IMG/VR virus record: IMGVR_UViG_2775506858_000003
Span: 1 to 64,000 of that record
Direction: 5' to 3' (one strand)
Origin: a virus
Lineage: Duplodnaviria; Heunggongvirae; Uroviricota; Caudoviricetes
DNA length: 64,000 nt
Part shown: positions 1 to 10,230 of the stretch, one piece after another
Layout: the number at the start of each line of letters is the position of its first letter
Numbering within the stretch: position 1 is the first letter of the stretch
Position numbers and translations under genes: made by a program
The notes under the pieces: model-generated
Seen by the model: the letters and a program-made list of their open reading frames with translations, nothing else
Databases searched by the model: none
Told to the model about the DNA's origin: nothing

Positions 1-81
1 TGCTGCTGACTGGTAGCCCGTGTTGGTTGCTGCTGAGTAGTAGCCCGTGTTGGTTGCTGCTGACTGGAAGCCAGTGTTTGA
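1..81. repeat. 27-bp tandem repeat, about 3 copies (TGCTGCTGACTGGTAGCCCGTGTTGGT-like; third copy diverged); may lie in an edge-truncated minus-strand ORF encoding a nonapeptide repeat
   Basis: Direct reading: units at 1-27, 28-54, 55-81 with few mismatches; contiguous, no spacers. Confidence 0.6.
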
Positions 82-513
82 TTCTTTGGCGGTATCCCAT
101 TTAATCTTTGATAAAATCAAATCAACAGCCTTGGAAATCAGAGTTGGCAAGCCTATCTCAGCTTTGATGTGAATACTCCCACACGCAATTTTTGAATCAC
201 TGTTACTTTCCTTGCTGATTTCGCCTGAGCATTCAACAATTGCAAATCGTGATGTTGGGTTGTAGTAGTTAAAGACATCCATCGGATTTTCACACGCATG
301 AAACCCTGAAGCGCAAGCCTCAACTTTGCCCTCGTGCGTGTATGTTTCACCAATTTGAAACTGAAAATCTCGGCAAGTTAAGTCAGCGTTAAAGCCTTTG
401 TAGGCGATGATTGGTTGTTGATTCATTTGAATACCTTTTTGTAGTGTTTTAGATAGAAGTATGGCGTTTTCAGGATTTCCCATGCGAGGCCGAGTAGGCA
501 GACGATTACGGGC

Positions 514-786
514 TTAGTCATACACTTCACCGTAATCCCCCGTCGCCCGCCGCGCCACCAAAGCAGCCTCAAGCGCGGCCTCATACTCCTTGGTTTCAGC
601 TTCAATGCGCAGCTTCGTTTGGTGCCATTCAATCATCGCGCGGCGTTGGTCAGCTTCAATCTGCAATAAGTCCAGTGCGGCCTGTGACGACTGCTGTAAC
701 GTGACATCGTGTCGGTCTGCTGTAGAGCCGCACGAGGCCAATAAAAAAGCGGCCAGTAGGCCGCATAGGGTGCGTTTGATTGTCAT
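514..786 (-). CDS. small lipoprotein (lipobox LLASC), coiled-coil rich
   Basis: Signal peptide plus L-A-S-C lipobox in translation; 90 aa. Confidence 0.45.
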   Translation of the reverse strand: MTIKRTLCGLLAAFLLASCGSTADRHDVTLQQSSQAALDLLQIEADQRRAMIEWHQTKLRIEAETKEYEAALEAALVARRATGDYGEVYD

Positions 787-1085
787 TTTTCCTGAGCCTC
801 GCTATTTGATTCCAAGCTTTGAATTTTTTCGAGCAAATCATATGCAGCATCATATGAAAACAACCATTCATCCATAAAGCCGCCACGAGTTAAATCTTCC
901 CATCTTGCGATTTCACCATTAAGATTAAGCCCAGCTACACCAAAGGACTTTTCAAAAAGTTCTTTTAAATCAAAAAACAATCTTTTTAAAGGTTTTTGTA
1001 ATTCTTTATTTTTACTCACTCTCAATCCCTTCGATTGTTGTAAGTGATGGGTACCGCAGGATAGCGCGTTACTTGTCGCGTCCAC
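783..1085 (-). CDS. hypothetical protein
   Basis: ORF with ATGA overlap to the downstream lipoprotein gene; start uncertain. Confidence 0.3.
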   Translation of the reverse strand: MDATSNALSCGTHHLQQSKGLRVSKNKELQKPLKRLFFDLKELFEKSFGVAGLNLNGEIARWEDLTRGGFMDEWLFSYDAAYDLLEKIQSLESNSEAQEK

Positions 1086-1231
1086 GTCAAATCCATGGCG
1101 CTGACCGCCTCACAGGCCGCTTCCATGGTTTTGTGAAAGCTGATGTGCTTCCCGTCTTTGGTTACTTCAAACCGCTTGCCTGCGGCCTTGGCGATTGCTG
1201 TCATCCTGTTTCTCCAAAAAAATACCCCCAT
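1022..1231 (-). CDS. possible HicA-like small protein (weak)
   Basis: Segment IAKAAGKRFEVTKDGKHISFHK resembles the HicA GSHxxFxH core; about 180-bp gap from the HicB-like gene reduces confidence. Confidence 0.25.
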   Translation of the reverse strand: MGVFFWRNRMTAIAKAAGKRFEVTKDGKHISFHKTMEAACEAVSAMDLTWTRQVTRYPAVPITYNNRRD

Positions 1232-1385
1232 TGCTGGGGGGTTAAGGGAGCGTACTCAGAAAAGGCGGCGGCTGGATGAAACTGCTTAAGCTTAGAAAAG
1301 TGGTTTCGCCACCGCCTTTGTTGAATACGCTATTGCCGGCTTCGCACTGGCTTGGTGGTTTTGTCGATGCCACTAACGCATTTTG

Positions 1386-1610
1386 TTATTTAACGCTTGT
1401 TGTTAACATACCAAGCTCAAAACTTCTAATACACATTCTCTGCGCCTGAACCGACTCTACAATGTCAGTAAGTTTCAAGTCTCCTATTGTTTTTTTAATT
1501 AAGCATCCAGTCACTTCGGATATTTCAGATGAAGTGACGCCGTCACAAACTAAGCTGGTTACCCATTTGCCGTCACTATTTTTGTGTGCTTCAATTTTAA
1601 AAGTAGCCAT
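1386..1610 (-). CDS. HicB-like (UPF0150) domain protein, N-terminal domain only
   Basis: KIEAHKNSDGKWVTSLVCDGVTSSEISEVTG matches the HicB/UPF0150 pattern (xExxDGxWxxSxPDxxGxxSxGxT). Confidence 0.45.
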   Translation of the reverse strand: MATFKIEAHKNSDGKWVTSLVCDGVTSSEISEVTGCLIKKTIGDLKLTDIVESVQAQRMCIRSFELGMLTTSVK

Positions 1611-2073
1611 ACATTTGCCTCCGCTAAAAATCCCATAATGAAGCGGCCTGTGTAAGCCGCTTGTTATGAAATCTTCCTTTACTGTCTATTTGATTGTGAA
1701 TAAACGAATCACCTTAATGATTCTAAAAATTAGCTTTAGAGTAATTAAGCTTGATAATATGCAGTTGGGTTTAAATTCCCTTGCCCCATTTTGCAATTCA
1801 GGAGGATGCCTAATGGGGCATAAAACCTATAGCAAATATTCCAATTGACTGATACTATCTGCTTGGTTTTAATTCCAATGCCCCTGTTTTCTGGGTCTCC
1901 AACTTCGGGTTTCAGGGGCATAAAACTGCCTATTTATTGAACATCTTCGCTAAGTCGCGAAAATGTTGCTTCATCGACAAACTGTCTATCAAGCTTCATC
2001 GACAAAGTGTCTATCGACCATTTTGCCGATGTCAGTAAAGTTGTTTGAACATCTTCGCTCTGTGAGGAAAATG

Positions 2074-2853
2074 TTATTGCTGTTTAAAAATTGTCACTGG
2101 CGTTTCACCATACAAAGGCGTTTTGCCATCCCATTTTTCAATAAATTGCTGTGTCAGCAGCTTGTCCGTTAAGCCATCTGAGCGTGCCTTGTTGGTCTCA
2201 GCTTCCAGCTTTGATAATTCCAAGCGCTTTTTCTGCTCTTCGATTTGCTGGTCTAATACCGCCAGATTTGTGTTGACTTCGTTACGTTTGTCGATGCGCT
2301 CAGACACCGACTTGCTAAACTCTAATTGAGAGCTGAATGTCATCAATTTAAGGCCGCGTGTTTCAAACTCCTTTGCAACCAAGTCTTGCACGCGCTTCTC
2401 AAATGCCAAGCTACCGCCTTTTTGCATCAACTCATCAGTTGTTTGTGAGCGTGAAGCCTCTTTCATAATGTCCAAGATTTTTGGCTCAAGAACATTGTCA
2501 CCAAGTGATGTAATAAACGCCTCGCCACCGCCCAACTGTTTGTTGTTGAAAACCACATCAATTGAGCGTTCTTTGATGACGTTGAATGAGTAAGTCGGCT
2601 TGGCTGTAAACTCAGTATTATCAGCAGCCTTTAATTTCACTGCCGATTCAAAGTTTTGACGCTGCTCCCACAATGGCACCTGATACAACTCAGTGCCTGG
2701 GGCGATAACCCACACACGGCCACTCACAACACTGAAGTCAGCCTTGCCATTGCGTCCGTAGTTTTCCATCAATACGCCAGCCTGATTTGGCTCAACGCGA
2801 CTGCAAGCGGCCAGTGTTGTTACAGCAGCCGCCAAAATTAAAAGCTTCTTCAT
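2074..2853 (-). CDS. SPFH/band-7-like lipoprotein with C-terminal coiled coil
   Basis: Lipobox LAACS; region AGVLMENYGRNGK...VIAPGTELYQVPLWEQRQNFE...KLKAADNTEFTAKPTYSFNV fits the SPFH fold signature; coiled-coil tail. Confidence 0.5.
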   Translation of the reverse strand: MKKLLILAAAVTTLAACSRVEPNQAGVLMENYGRNGKADFSVVSGRVWVIAPGTELYQVPLWEQRQNFESAVKLKAADNTEFTAKPTYSFNVIKERSIDVVFNNKQLGGGEAFITSLGDNVLEPKILDIMKEASRSQTTDELMQKGGSLAFEKRVQDLVAKEFETRGLKLMTFSSQLEFSKSVSERIDKRNEVNTNLAVLDQQIEEQKKRLELSKLEAETNKARSDGLTDKLLTQQFIEKWDGKTPLYGETPVTIFKQQ

Positions 2854-3050
2854 CCAATATCCTTTAAAAGTCTATAAACAATGTTAAACGGGTAGGCGAT
2901 GGCAATAAAAATGCCAACGATAGGGTATGGAAAATGATTAAATACCCACACACCAATGAAAAAGAGAGCCAGCACTAATGCGACTCTCGTTACAAGGTAC
3001 TTTGGCAATTGCCGCTCCTTATCTCTTTGAGATTTCAATCTGAGCAGCAC
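2850..3050 (-). CDS. small 2-TM membrane protein, start-stop overlap with SPFH gene
   Basis: Hydrophobic translation; ATGA overlap at 2850-2853. Confidence 0.35.
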   Translation of the reverse strand: MLLRLKSQRDKERQLPKYLVTRVALVLALFFIGVWVFNHFPYPIVGIFIAIAYPFNIVYRLLKDIG

Positions 3051-3549
3051 CCTAATGCTGCTCAGATTGAAATCTAGGTTGCTCGTCTTTCCGAGCTGTC
3101 ATACTTGCATCTCGCTCAAGTAAAACGCCTTGGCATCGCGGCAATGCAATGCTTTAGGTTCTCTGTGGTTAATTGATTGCGCTAAGAAGCTTCCACGCCT
3201 CAAGTCTTATGGGCTAAAGTAAGATGATGTCTGCCCCAAACGCCTCGCTCGCTGCTCAATGGCCAATGCCGCCATGTTTTGCCCTCACAAACATCAAATA
3301 TTGCACCACGCCAGCACCACCACCAGGGCAAGCAACCGCAAGGGATTGCTGCTTATTTAGCTCTGGTTAGCACCACCGTGGGGGTGTTGCTTGAACTAGT
3401 TCAAAAACTGTACTAGTTCGAGTTTGTTGCCATTTGTATTAAATCTAAAAAATCCACGCAGTTTTCAAGAGGGTGTCCATGCTTATCAGTAAACCCATAT
3501 TTAATAAAGTGGGCTATAATCTGATTCTCATCCATTTGATTTAAAGGGG

Positions 3550-3759
3550 TTGTTTTTGATTCGCTCTGTTGTCGCATCATCTAATTTACGCTCCGTTGGG
3601 TTTGAAGGAGGCACTTTAGAAATTGAATTCCACTCTGGCAGTGTTTATCAATATTTTAATGTACCTGAAAGTGTTTACTTGGGCTTATTGCGCGCATCAT
3701 CTAAAGGTCGATATCATCACACCTGCATAAAAGGTGTGTATCGTTATAAGAGAATCTGA
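3550..3759 (+). CDS. KTSC domain-containing protein
   Basis: SSNLRSVGFEGGTLEIEFHSGSVYQYFNVPESVYLGLLRASSKGRYHHTCIKGVYRY matches the KTSC family consensus. Confidence 0.7.
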   Translation: MFLIRSVVASSNLRSVGFEGGTLEIEFHSGSVYQYFNVPESVYLGLLRASSKGRYHHTCIKGVYRYKRI

Positions 3760-3782
3760 TAACGAAGTTTAAGCAAGCCCAT

Positions 3783-3809
3783 AAGCGCAGCGAAAGTTGC
3801 GCTTTTTTG
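3783..3809 (+). terminator. rho-independent terminator after KTSC gene
   Basis: Hairpin AGCGCAG-CGAAAG-TTGCGCT followed by TTTTTT. Confidence 0.55.
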
Positions 3810-4078
3810 TCCGTTTCTAGCCGACTTGCCGATTATCTGCACCGCTCTCTGCGTGTCCTTTAGACTATCTCCGCAGTTGCTGTCGTGCTTTGGGTCTACC
3901 TACGCCTGATAATGTTTCCGCGTTCCGTCACGCTAATATTGGCGTGCAAGCGTTTAACGTTCCTGTCTATTTGCCCTCACCATTCAGAGTAGGCCGCTTG
4001 CTTCGTTATTGGGTTTTTAAAGTTCACCGCACCAAGACCAACCCCTGTTCCGTGTGCTTCGTGAGTTGATGGGTGAAT

Positions 4079-4133
4079 ATTACCGCTAGTAATATATCAA
4101 GTAAATACCGCCAGTAATATTATTTGCGGTAAT
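4079..4133. promoter_or_regulatory. OL-like operator cluster: three sites TTACCGCTAGTAA / ATACCGCCAGTAA / (rc) TTACCGCAAATA
   Basis: Three 13-bp TTAC-N5-GTAA sites spaced about 25 bp; same consensus as three sites in the cI-cro intergenic region. Confidence 0.55.
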
Positions 4134-4189
4134 TTAATTAAGCAATTGTATTTAAATATAATTTATTTTAGATGAGTTTGTATGGACAA

Positions 4190-4220
4190 CAAAAAACCGC
4201 CTTTCGGCGGCATTGTTTTC
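4190..4220. terminator. bidirectional terminator-like hairpin (CCGCC-TTTC-GGCGG) flanked by A-run and T-run
   Basis: Read directly: AAAAAACCGCCTTTCGGCGGCATTGTTTT. Confidence 0.45.
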
Positions 4221-4659
4221 ATTGATTATTTGGATGGTTGATTGTTTTCCTGAGCTTTTTTCATTGCACGGAAAATATTAAGTCTACGTCTATGTTGCAT
4301 AGAGCTTGTCCTTTCTTATGTTGTTGCTGTTTTTATATTCTGTGGATCAAGCAGAAGTATTACAGAGGAGCCAATTGGCTGTTGAAACTAACAAGGCGAG
4401 GCTATTATAGCACAGAGCAGGGTAAGGGCTTGTTAAGACGGGGAAACCGCCATGAGGGCGGTTATTTTATACGGTTAGTGAAAAATGCTTACTACCATGT
4501 AAAATCAAAGGAATGCAAATGTGCTTGTGTAAAATTAAAAAACGTTTATAGGTATTTATTGTGTTTAGTAACTTCATAAGTTATACTTTGATTTAAGTGG
4601 ACTGGGGCGTTCCCCGATCGGCGCTGTGGCTCTGGGTTATCTCAGGGCCCTTCGCTTTT

Positions 4660-5580
4660 CTAGCTAGGAATAACCACCAATCCAATATCTTTATAGGATG
4701 CCTCAACCCCACAGAGTTCTCTACCCCCATTGCATAAAAACTTATGCTTTAGAGATTCAAAAGCTCTGTTCACATTTTTCCTACCCTCAATATTATCAAT
4801 TATGTGCCTTCCAATTGGCCGAGCGCATAAGTCTGCAAATTGCAATCCAGTAGAATTAGTAGCTTTCGATTTAATGAGAATCTCAAACGGAAGCTTAATT
4901 CTAAGTGGGTTTTGTCCATCGCAAATTCGTCTAAATTCTAACTCTAAATCTCGATCTTCCTTTTCTCCACGAGCCTCAACAACAATATATGTAATTTGGT
5001 GGTGGCAATTTTTTTCAATCATGAGCTTATAAAGGTTGATTAAGCACGGCTGTAGGGCTAAGTGGTATAAATTTTCCTGTTCCCTCGATATTTCATTCTT
5101 TTTAATCACTGTAGAAATGAGGATAAATTTTGTTTCATCCATTATAGAGCTTAATCTACTCAAGAAATTTCTATCTAGTTCTCTGCTTGAAAATCTAAAT
5201 GGAGGCTCATTTTTTCGAATTTCTTTTTCATGCAAAATAACTAAATCATGACCAAAGAAATTGAATTTTAAAGACTGAATTTCAGGAACTAATTGTGTGG
5301 TATATACATGCTTATAAAAAACACAGAAAGCCAAAACGAAAACAGGAAATGAACTTCGGTTACCAGGCTTATCAAAGTTAGCTGTCCCACTCTCATCAAC
5401 ATACACTATGAATGGGCTGAACTTATCAAAATACTCACTAGAAGTTGAGGGTTCTTGCTTTGGTGCATCAAAGTCTAATGATAACTGAGCCAAATCCATT
5501 AACTCAGTATCATTGCTCTGAGAAAGTTCCTCTAAATTACCTTCATTTTGGGTAGGTATTAATTTTGTTTTTTTGGCCAT
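4660..5580 (-). CDS. DUF3800 family protein (rex-position gene downstream of cI)
   Basis: FIVYVDESG... N-terminal signature typical of DUF3800; AT-rich; located between cI and the OL sites like lambda rexAB. Confidence 0.5.
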   Translation of the reverse strand: MAKKTKLIPTQNEGNLEELSQSNDTELMDLAQLSLDFDAPKQEPSTSSEYFDKFSPFIVYVDESGTANFDKPGNRSSFPVFVLAFCVFYKHVYTTQLVPEIQSLKFNFFGHDLVILHEKEIRKNEPPFRFSSRELDRNFLSRLSSIMDETKFILISTVIKKNEISREQENLYHLALQPCLINLYKLMIEKNCHHQITYIVVEARGEKEDRDLELEFRRICDGQNPLRIKLPFEILIKSKATNSTGLQFADLCARPIGRHIIDNIEGRKNVNRAFESLKHKFLCNGGRELCGVEASYKDIGLVVIPS

Positions 5581-5653
5581 ATTTATATTTAAATAAATCT
5601 GTTACTTTCATAATGAATGTTTTAACTTACCCCCGCCACGCTGAGAGTGGGGG

Positions 5654-6658
5654 TTATAAGCTATTCAGTGTCCAAGTGGCTGTGACTTTGGCGCAGATTT
5701 TTATATCGTTTAAGCTGTCTTTTGATAGCACTTCTGATTCATACAAGCTTTTATTGTCACTGATGATTTTTAAATCGCCATTGGTCATCACTTGAAGTCG
5801 TTTAACTTTTACGCCTCCAGCCGTTGCAATTACGTAAACACCTTCGTTGTCATAAAAATCTATTGATTTATCTACAAACAGCAAATCGCCGTCCGCGAAT
5901 GTTGGATGCATTGAGTCGCCAGAGGCGGTGATGATTGAAATGCGTTGCAGATTTTTCCCCAAGTGCTTACGCGCCCAGTCCTCTTGAACGTCTATGAGAC
6001 GCACATATTCAGGAAAGTCGATATTAAATCTGCCACTACCAGCAGCGGCAGAAATATCTAAAAGCTTCAGGCGAATATATCCATTAGGAACTTCATCTTG
6101 GTTTGAGAATGAATCCAAGTCATCATCATTAGCAGTTGCTCTAGGCCTGCCAATATAAGGAAGCGGTTGGCCTGAAAGTTCAGATATGCGCACCAGTACA
6201 TCAAAAGATGGTATTGATCGTCCAGCCTCCCACGCATGAACTGAGCCTCTGCCACTGTAGTTTAGTTTTTTCTCAAACTCTTCTACATCCAGACCCATTT
6301 TATTTCTAACCGATTCAATCCAATTTGGAATGTCATAGCGAGATGTTGTAACAATATCTGAACTAACATCATTGTTAACAATAACTGTACGCGCCATTTC
6401 CAATATTTCTTCTGCAAGAGATGAACTAAAGTCTTGAACGTTAACTTTTAATAAGCGAGCAAAGCCGCTAGCAATAGAGGGATTTAGGGCATTAATTCCC
6501 GAAAGATAGTGGTTTATTGCGCTTTGTGAAATTCCAAGTGCTTCAGCAACTGCATACTGATTTAAGCCAAGCTCTTTTTTCTTGGATTCATAAATCGATT
6601 TTAGTGCATTGCAATCCTGCTTTTGTGATTCAGTTAACTCTTTCTTTTTCCCTGACAT
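5654..6658 (-). CDS. cI: CI-like prophage repressor: two HTH (XRE) domains plus C-terminal S24 LexA-like peptidase
   Basis: HTH segments (LGLNQYAVAEALGISQSAINHYLSG; second HTH-like block); S24 motifs SGDSMHPTFADGDLLFVD and VKVKRL (Ser/Lys dyad). Confidence 0.85.
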   Translation of the reverse strand: MSGKKKELTESQKQDCNALKSIYESKKKELGLNQYAVAEALGISQSAINHYLSGINALNPSIASGFARLLKVNVQDFSSSLAEEILEMARTVIVNNDVSSDIVTTSRYDIPNWIESVRNKMGLDVEEFEKKLNYSGRGSVHAWEAGRSIPSFDVLVRISELSGQPLPYIGRPRATANDDDLDSFSNQDEVPNGYIRLKLLDISAAAGSGRFNIDFPEYVRLIDVQEDWARKHLGKNLQRISIITASGDSMHPTFADGDLLFVDKSIDFYDNEGVYVIATAGGVKVKRLQVMTNGDLKIISDNKSLYESEVLSKDSLNDIKICAKVTATWTLNSL

Positions 6659-6691
6659 AAATCTTAATTCCTATGCAATTGGCAAATGCTA

Positions 6692-6756
6692 TTACCAATG
6701 GTAATAAAACACAAACAACCGCAGGTATTGACTATTAAATTACTTGCGGTAATAAT
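6692..6756. promoter_or_regulatory. OR-like operators (TTACCAATGGTAA 6692-6704; AACCGCAGGTATT 6717-6729; TTACTTGCGGTAA 6740-6752) overlapping PR (-35 TTGACT 6728-6733, 17-bp spacer, -10 AATAAT 6751-6756)
   Basis: Direct reading; palindromic TTAC-N5-GTAA sites; sigma70-like hexamers upstream of cro ATG at 6786. Confidence 0.6.
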
Positions 6757-6785
6757 GTGTCATCAGCACTTAATAAAGGTTTGAA

Positions 6786-6989
6786 ATGGACAAAATCATT
6801 AAGGTGGCACTGCCTGATTTTGCTCTTGAGCATGGACAAAATAATGCAGCCAAGGCGCTCGGGGTTACTCAAGGAGCTATATGCAGAGCAATTAAATCAG
6901 GGCGGAATATTCAAGTGACAATTGAAAATGGAGTGATAAAAGCAGAGGAGCTGCGACCATTCCCAAACCAACCAAGAGACTTGCCATGA
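6786..6989 (+). CDS. cro: Cro-like HTH regulator (YdaS-like)
   Basis: 67 aa; ALGVTQGAICRAIKSGR HTH; divergent from cI. Confidence 0.6.
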   Translation: MDKIIKVALPDFALEHGQNNAAKALGVTQGAICRAIKSGRNIQVTIENGVIKAEELRPFPNQPRDLP

Positions 6990-7321
6990 CTGAATTATCA
7001 AATGAAGTGGCTGCAAGGTCACGCAAGATACAAGCAACAATCTTGCAGCGGTTTGCACAGATGAAAAATGCAAATGTGGCATTAAGAGCAGGGGTGCATG
7101 AGGGAACTATCAGTCGCTTTAACAATGAACGGCTTGAGAGTGTCGCAATTATTTTAGCGGCGGCAGGGCTTCAGGTGGTTTCAGCAGATGATCAAGTGAT
7201 TTCACGGCGTGAATTAAGAATGCTTAAAGAGATGTCGTTGAAGTATTTAGAGGCTGATTTGGCGCACGATGAAATTGTTGACGCTCAGCTTAAGAGTGCG
7301 GGCTGTGCAATTGATGAATGA
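6986..7321 (+). CDS. CII-like / YdaT-like regulatory protein
   Basis: Position after cro with ATGA overlap; central HTH (ALRAGVHEGTISRFNN); size and synteny with ydaS-ydaT-ydaU of the Rac prophage. Confidence 0.5.
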   Translation: MTELSNEVAARSRKIQATILQRFAQMKNANVALRAGVHEGTISRFNNERLESVAIILAAAGLQVVSADDQVISRRELRMLKEMSLKYLEADLAHDEIVDAQLKSAGCAIDE

Positions 7322-7493
7322 AGAAAAGCCAGCACCCGAAGGCACTGGCGATTCCACCTTTTTTGCATCGAAACACAGATGGGAAACAACTATGTCCGCT
7401 GAGAATACTAATAAATATTTGCTATTTGCGCAAGGCAAAAAAATGCCGCGAGTTGGAGAAAACGCGGCATTCAAGCTGTGCCCATCATGGTAA

Positions 7494-7775
7494 GTGAAGG
7501 CGAGACGCATTATGAATGAATACTCTATCAAAAGCAATGAGCAAAAGAAAAGCCACCGAGGGAAAGTCAGTGGCAATTCAAAACATCTACTGCTTGAAGG
7601 TGAATTGATTATGACCCAAGAGTTACAAGAAATCAAGATTATTCGCTTAGGTGCGGATTTGAGCAATTTGCAAAATAACAAATACCAAAGCGATTTACTT
7701 GCGCTCTCGATGCGAACGCAGTGCGAACGCAAAACAAACGCAGTGCAATCGACATGCAAGGATGCTGCAAGATGA
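7494..7775 (+). CDS. hypothetical protein (real start probably ATG 7512); 3' end overlaps the first iteron cluster
   Basis: ORF in early-right operon; overlaps start of the replication gene. Confidence 0.3.
   Translation: MKARRIMNEYSIKSNEQKKSHRGKVSGNSKHLLLEGELIMTQELQEIKIIRLGADLSNLQNNKYQSDLLALSMRTQCERKTNAVQSTCKDAAR
7711..7743. repeat. iteron cluster 1: 11-bp direct repeats TGCGAACGCAR x2-3 (period 11)
   Basis: tgcgaacgcag tgcgaacgcaa aacaaacgcag read directly, 30-60 bp upstream of ATG 7772. Confidence 0.6.
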
Positions 7776-8965
7776 ATTTTTATACATTCCATATCGGCGA
7801 TTACATCAGTAATACCCATTATTTGGACTTATACGAAGATTTGGCTTATCGCCGAATGATGGATTTGTATTACCAAAAAGAAGAACCGCTGCCGAACGAC
7901 ATTGAGAAAATCGCCAAGATGATACGCATGCGCGAACATATTGAAGCGGTCGAATCAATATTAAATGAGTTCTTCATCTTAGATGGCGGTGTGTGGCGCC
8001 ATACGCGCTGTGATGCTGAGCTGGCAAAGATATACGAGAAAAGCGAAAAGGCCAGAGCCAGTGCCAATGCGCGCCATTCACGCAATAAGCCAAAACAAAA
8101 GCCGACTGAAATTCCACAAGAAATCCCTGTCACGGATGATTCTGCCGACGATTTGCGAACGCAATGCGAACGCAGTGCGAACGGAATGCTACCCATAACC
8201 CAATACCCAATAAGAGAGATAGAGATACCGCACGCACCCGATTTCAATTCTGAGCCTGATTTGCCTGATGGCGGTATGTCGCAAAAACAGGTCATGGATT
8301 TTTTGCAGGCTCAGGGCGTTGACGTGATGCACGACGGCTTCTTGCCAAGCCATCCTGATTTGCAAGCGGCCTGTGCCACTGGCGTGACGGCCAGTGTGTT
8401 GCAATTTGCTTGGGACACGGTGCTGAGCAAGGGCAAGCAGCGCAATGGCGGCTATTTTTTCAGCGTGCTGGCTGGTAAGGCTGTGGACGCTGCGGCTGAA
8501 CAGGCCAACCCACCGACGCCGCAACGTCAAGGCCGTGGCAATGACATGGCGGCACAGGATGCTGACTTGCTGACACGCAACGGCGTTGACCCCGACAAGG
8601 CGCTGACGTTTGCTCAAGTTCGGGCCAGCAAGCGAGCAGGGTTGCTGACACAGGCCCAAATCGATTTTTGGAAGCTCGAAGGCAAGGTGGGGACGCTGGA
8701 CATGGGTTTGCCTGAGATTGTGAATCGCTGCCTTGAAAAAGGCTGGGCACGATTTGAGGCGGGGTTTGAGTTGGGCGACAAGGCTGTGGAGCAAGTGAAG
8801 CAGGCTGAGGCTGACAAAGCGCGCGTGGTCAAACAAATCAAAGCGGACGTAGAAAGCCGTGGCGAGACCAAGCCTGTGCGTAGTGGCAGGCCGCCTAACA
8901 AACTTTCTGACACGCTGAAACAGGCGCAGCAAGCGAATGCTGAGGCGGCGCATGAAATGCGATAA
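7772..8965 (+). CDS. replication initiation-like protein, N-terminal DUF1376 (YdaU-like)
   Basis: MNFYTFHIGDYISNTHYLDLYEDLAYRRMMDLYY matches the DUF1376 signature; iterons flank/inside; preferred start ATG 7772 (the track gives GTG 7721). Confidence 0.6.
   Translation: MNFYTFHIGDYISNTHYLDLYEDLAYRRMMDLYYQKEEPLPNDIEKIAKMIRMREHIEAVESILNEFFILDGGVWRHTRCDAELAKIYEKSEKARASANARHSRNKPKQKPTEIPQEIPVTDDSADDLRTQCERSANGMLPITQYPIREIEIPHAPDFNSEPDLPDGGMSQKQVMDFLQAQGVDVMHDGFLPSHPDLQAACATGVTASVLQFAWDTVLSKGKQRNGGYFFSVLAGKAVDAAAEQANPPTPQRQGRGNDMAAQDADLLTRNGVDPDKALTFAQVRASKRAGLLTQAQIDFWKLEGKVGTLDMGLPEIVNRCLEKGWARFEAGFELGDKAVEQVKQAEADKARVVKQIKADVESRGETKPVRSGRPPNKLSDTLKQAQQANAEAAHEMR
8154..8186. repeat. iteron cluster 2 inside the replication gene: TGCGAACGCAA TGCGAACGCAG TGCGAACGGAA
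   Basis: Direct reading; same 11-mer as cluster 1; produces a repeated RTQCER peptide in the protein. Confidence 0.6.
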
Positions 8966-9170
8966 CTGCCAGCACATGGATTACCAAGGCGCAGTGACTG
9001 GCATTCACAAGCCAAGAAACAAGGATGACCACCGAATGTTGTATTGGGGCCTGTGCAAAATCGGTAACGAGTGGGATTTTTTAGGGCGGATTTCAAGCTG
9101 TGACAGGTTTCAGCAGGCGGATGAAGAAACGATTGAAAAACGCAAGCAGTGGCTAGAGCAAAGGGACTGA
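8952..9170 (+). CDS. hypothetical Cys-rich small protein (MKCDNCQH...)
   Basis: ORF in nin-like region. Confidence 0.3.
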   Translation: MKCDNCQHMDYQGAVTGIHKPRNKDDHRMLYWGLCKIGNEWDFLGRISSCDRFQQADEETIEKRKQWLEQRD

Positions 9171-9263
9171 CATGGATTTACTGGATTTTATTGGGTATGC
9201 GTTCACTGTGGTGATTTCATTGCTGCTGTGTGTGTTGATTGAGTGGTATGTGGATGGGGGTGA

Positions 9264-9530
9264 GTGATGAGTATTGATGATTTGTTGTTGTACGCTTTTG
9301 TTGTATGGGCAACTTTCATGGCTGCTCAGTTGCTGCTGGCTTCGCAGGGTTTAATTCCGAAAGTCAAAGACATTGAAAATAAATACTTACGCCGCGTTGT
9401 TTTTGTTTTGCTGCTGCCAGTGATTTTAATGCTTGGGTTTGTTTTTTATGCGATTGAAAAAGTGCCTGTGGCTTTAAAAGATTTGGCTGATGGTTTCTAT
9501 CGTGTTTTCTCAGAAGTGTGGGGTGAGTGA
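9264..9530 (+). CDS. small membrane protein
   Basis: Two hydrophobic helices; overlapping start/stop with neighbours. Confidence 0.35.
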   Translation: MMSIDDLLLYAFVVWATFMAAQLLLASQGLIPKVKDIENKYLRRVVFVLLLPVILMLGFVFYAIEKVPVALKDLADGFYRVFSEVWGE

Positions 9531-9877
9531 TGAGTGAAGTAGAACAGGATGGTATGGTAACAATTAGACGTGCCCCTGTAGGATTTCAAAAAGCAATACA
9601 GGAACTGGCTCAAGCACAAGCCTCTAGACTAGCTCAAGCGCGCATTGGTCAAGTTTCCGATTCTGACGCAGTAAACAGCCCGTCGCACTACGCAAGCGGT
9701 GACATTGAGTGCATTGATGCCATACAGGCCAGCATGACCCCAGAAGCGTTCCAAGGCTACTTAAAAGGCAATGTGCAAAAGTACATGTGGCGCTATGAGA
9801 AGAAAGTGAATCCTGCCGAGGATTTGAAAAAGGCGCAGTGGTATTTGGCAAAGCTGATTGAGGATGTGAGTGCGTGA
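9527..9877 (+). CDS. DUF3310 family phage protein
   Basis: NSPSHYASGDIECIDAIQ...GNVQKYMWRYEKKVNPAEDLKKAQWYLAKL matches DUF3310. Confidence 0.6.
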   Translation: MMSEVEQDGMVTIRRAPVGFQKAIQELAQAQASRLAQARIGQVSDSDAVNSPSHYASGDIECIDAIQASMTPEAFQGYLKGNVQKYMWRYEKKVNPAEDLKKAQWYLAKLIEDVSA

Positions 9878-10230
9878 AAACTTACTTTTTACCTTACCCA
9901 ATAAGCACTAACCGCTACTGGCGTACATTCCGAAACCGAACAATAGCGTCAAAAGAGGCAATGGAATATCGACGCAAGGTTGCAGAGTTAGTGGGAGTTA
10001 TGCCAGTTAATGACCCTGTCTCCCTTTCAATTGAATTACACCCAAGGCTTACCAAGAACGGCAAAGCATCAAAGACATGCCTTGACCTCGATAACTGCCT
10101 AAAAGTCACGCTGGATGCATTACAGGGCTGCTTGTATGGCAATGACAATCAAGTTAAGAAAATAGCTTTGCAATATGGTGAGCCTGTCTTAAATGGCGGG
10201 CTGACAGTTTGCTGTGAGGTGATGCAATGA
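9874..10230 (+). CDS. rusA: RusA Holliday junction resolvase
   Basis: LPYPISTNRYWR N-terminal signature, 118 aa, acidic catalytic residues (LDLDN). Confidence 0.85.
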   Translation: MKTYFLPYPISTNRYWRTFRNRTIASKEAMEYRRKVAELVGVMPVNDPVSLSIELHPRLTKNGKASKTCLDLDNCLKVTLDALQGCLYGNDNQVKKIALQYGEPVLNGGLTVCCEVMQ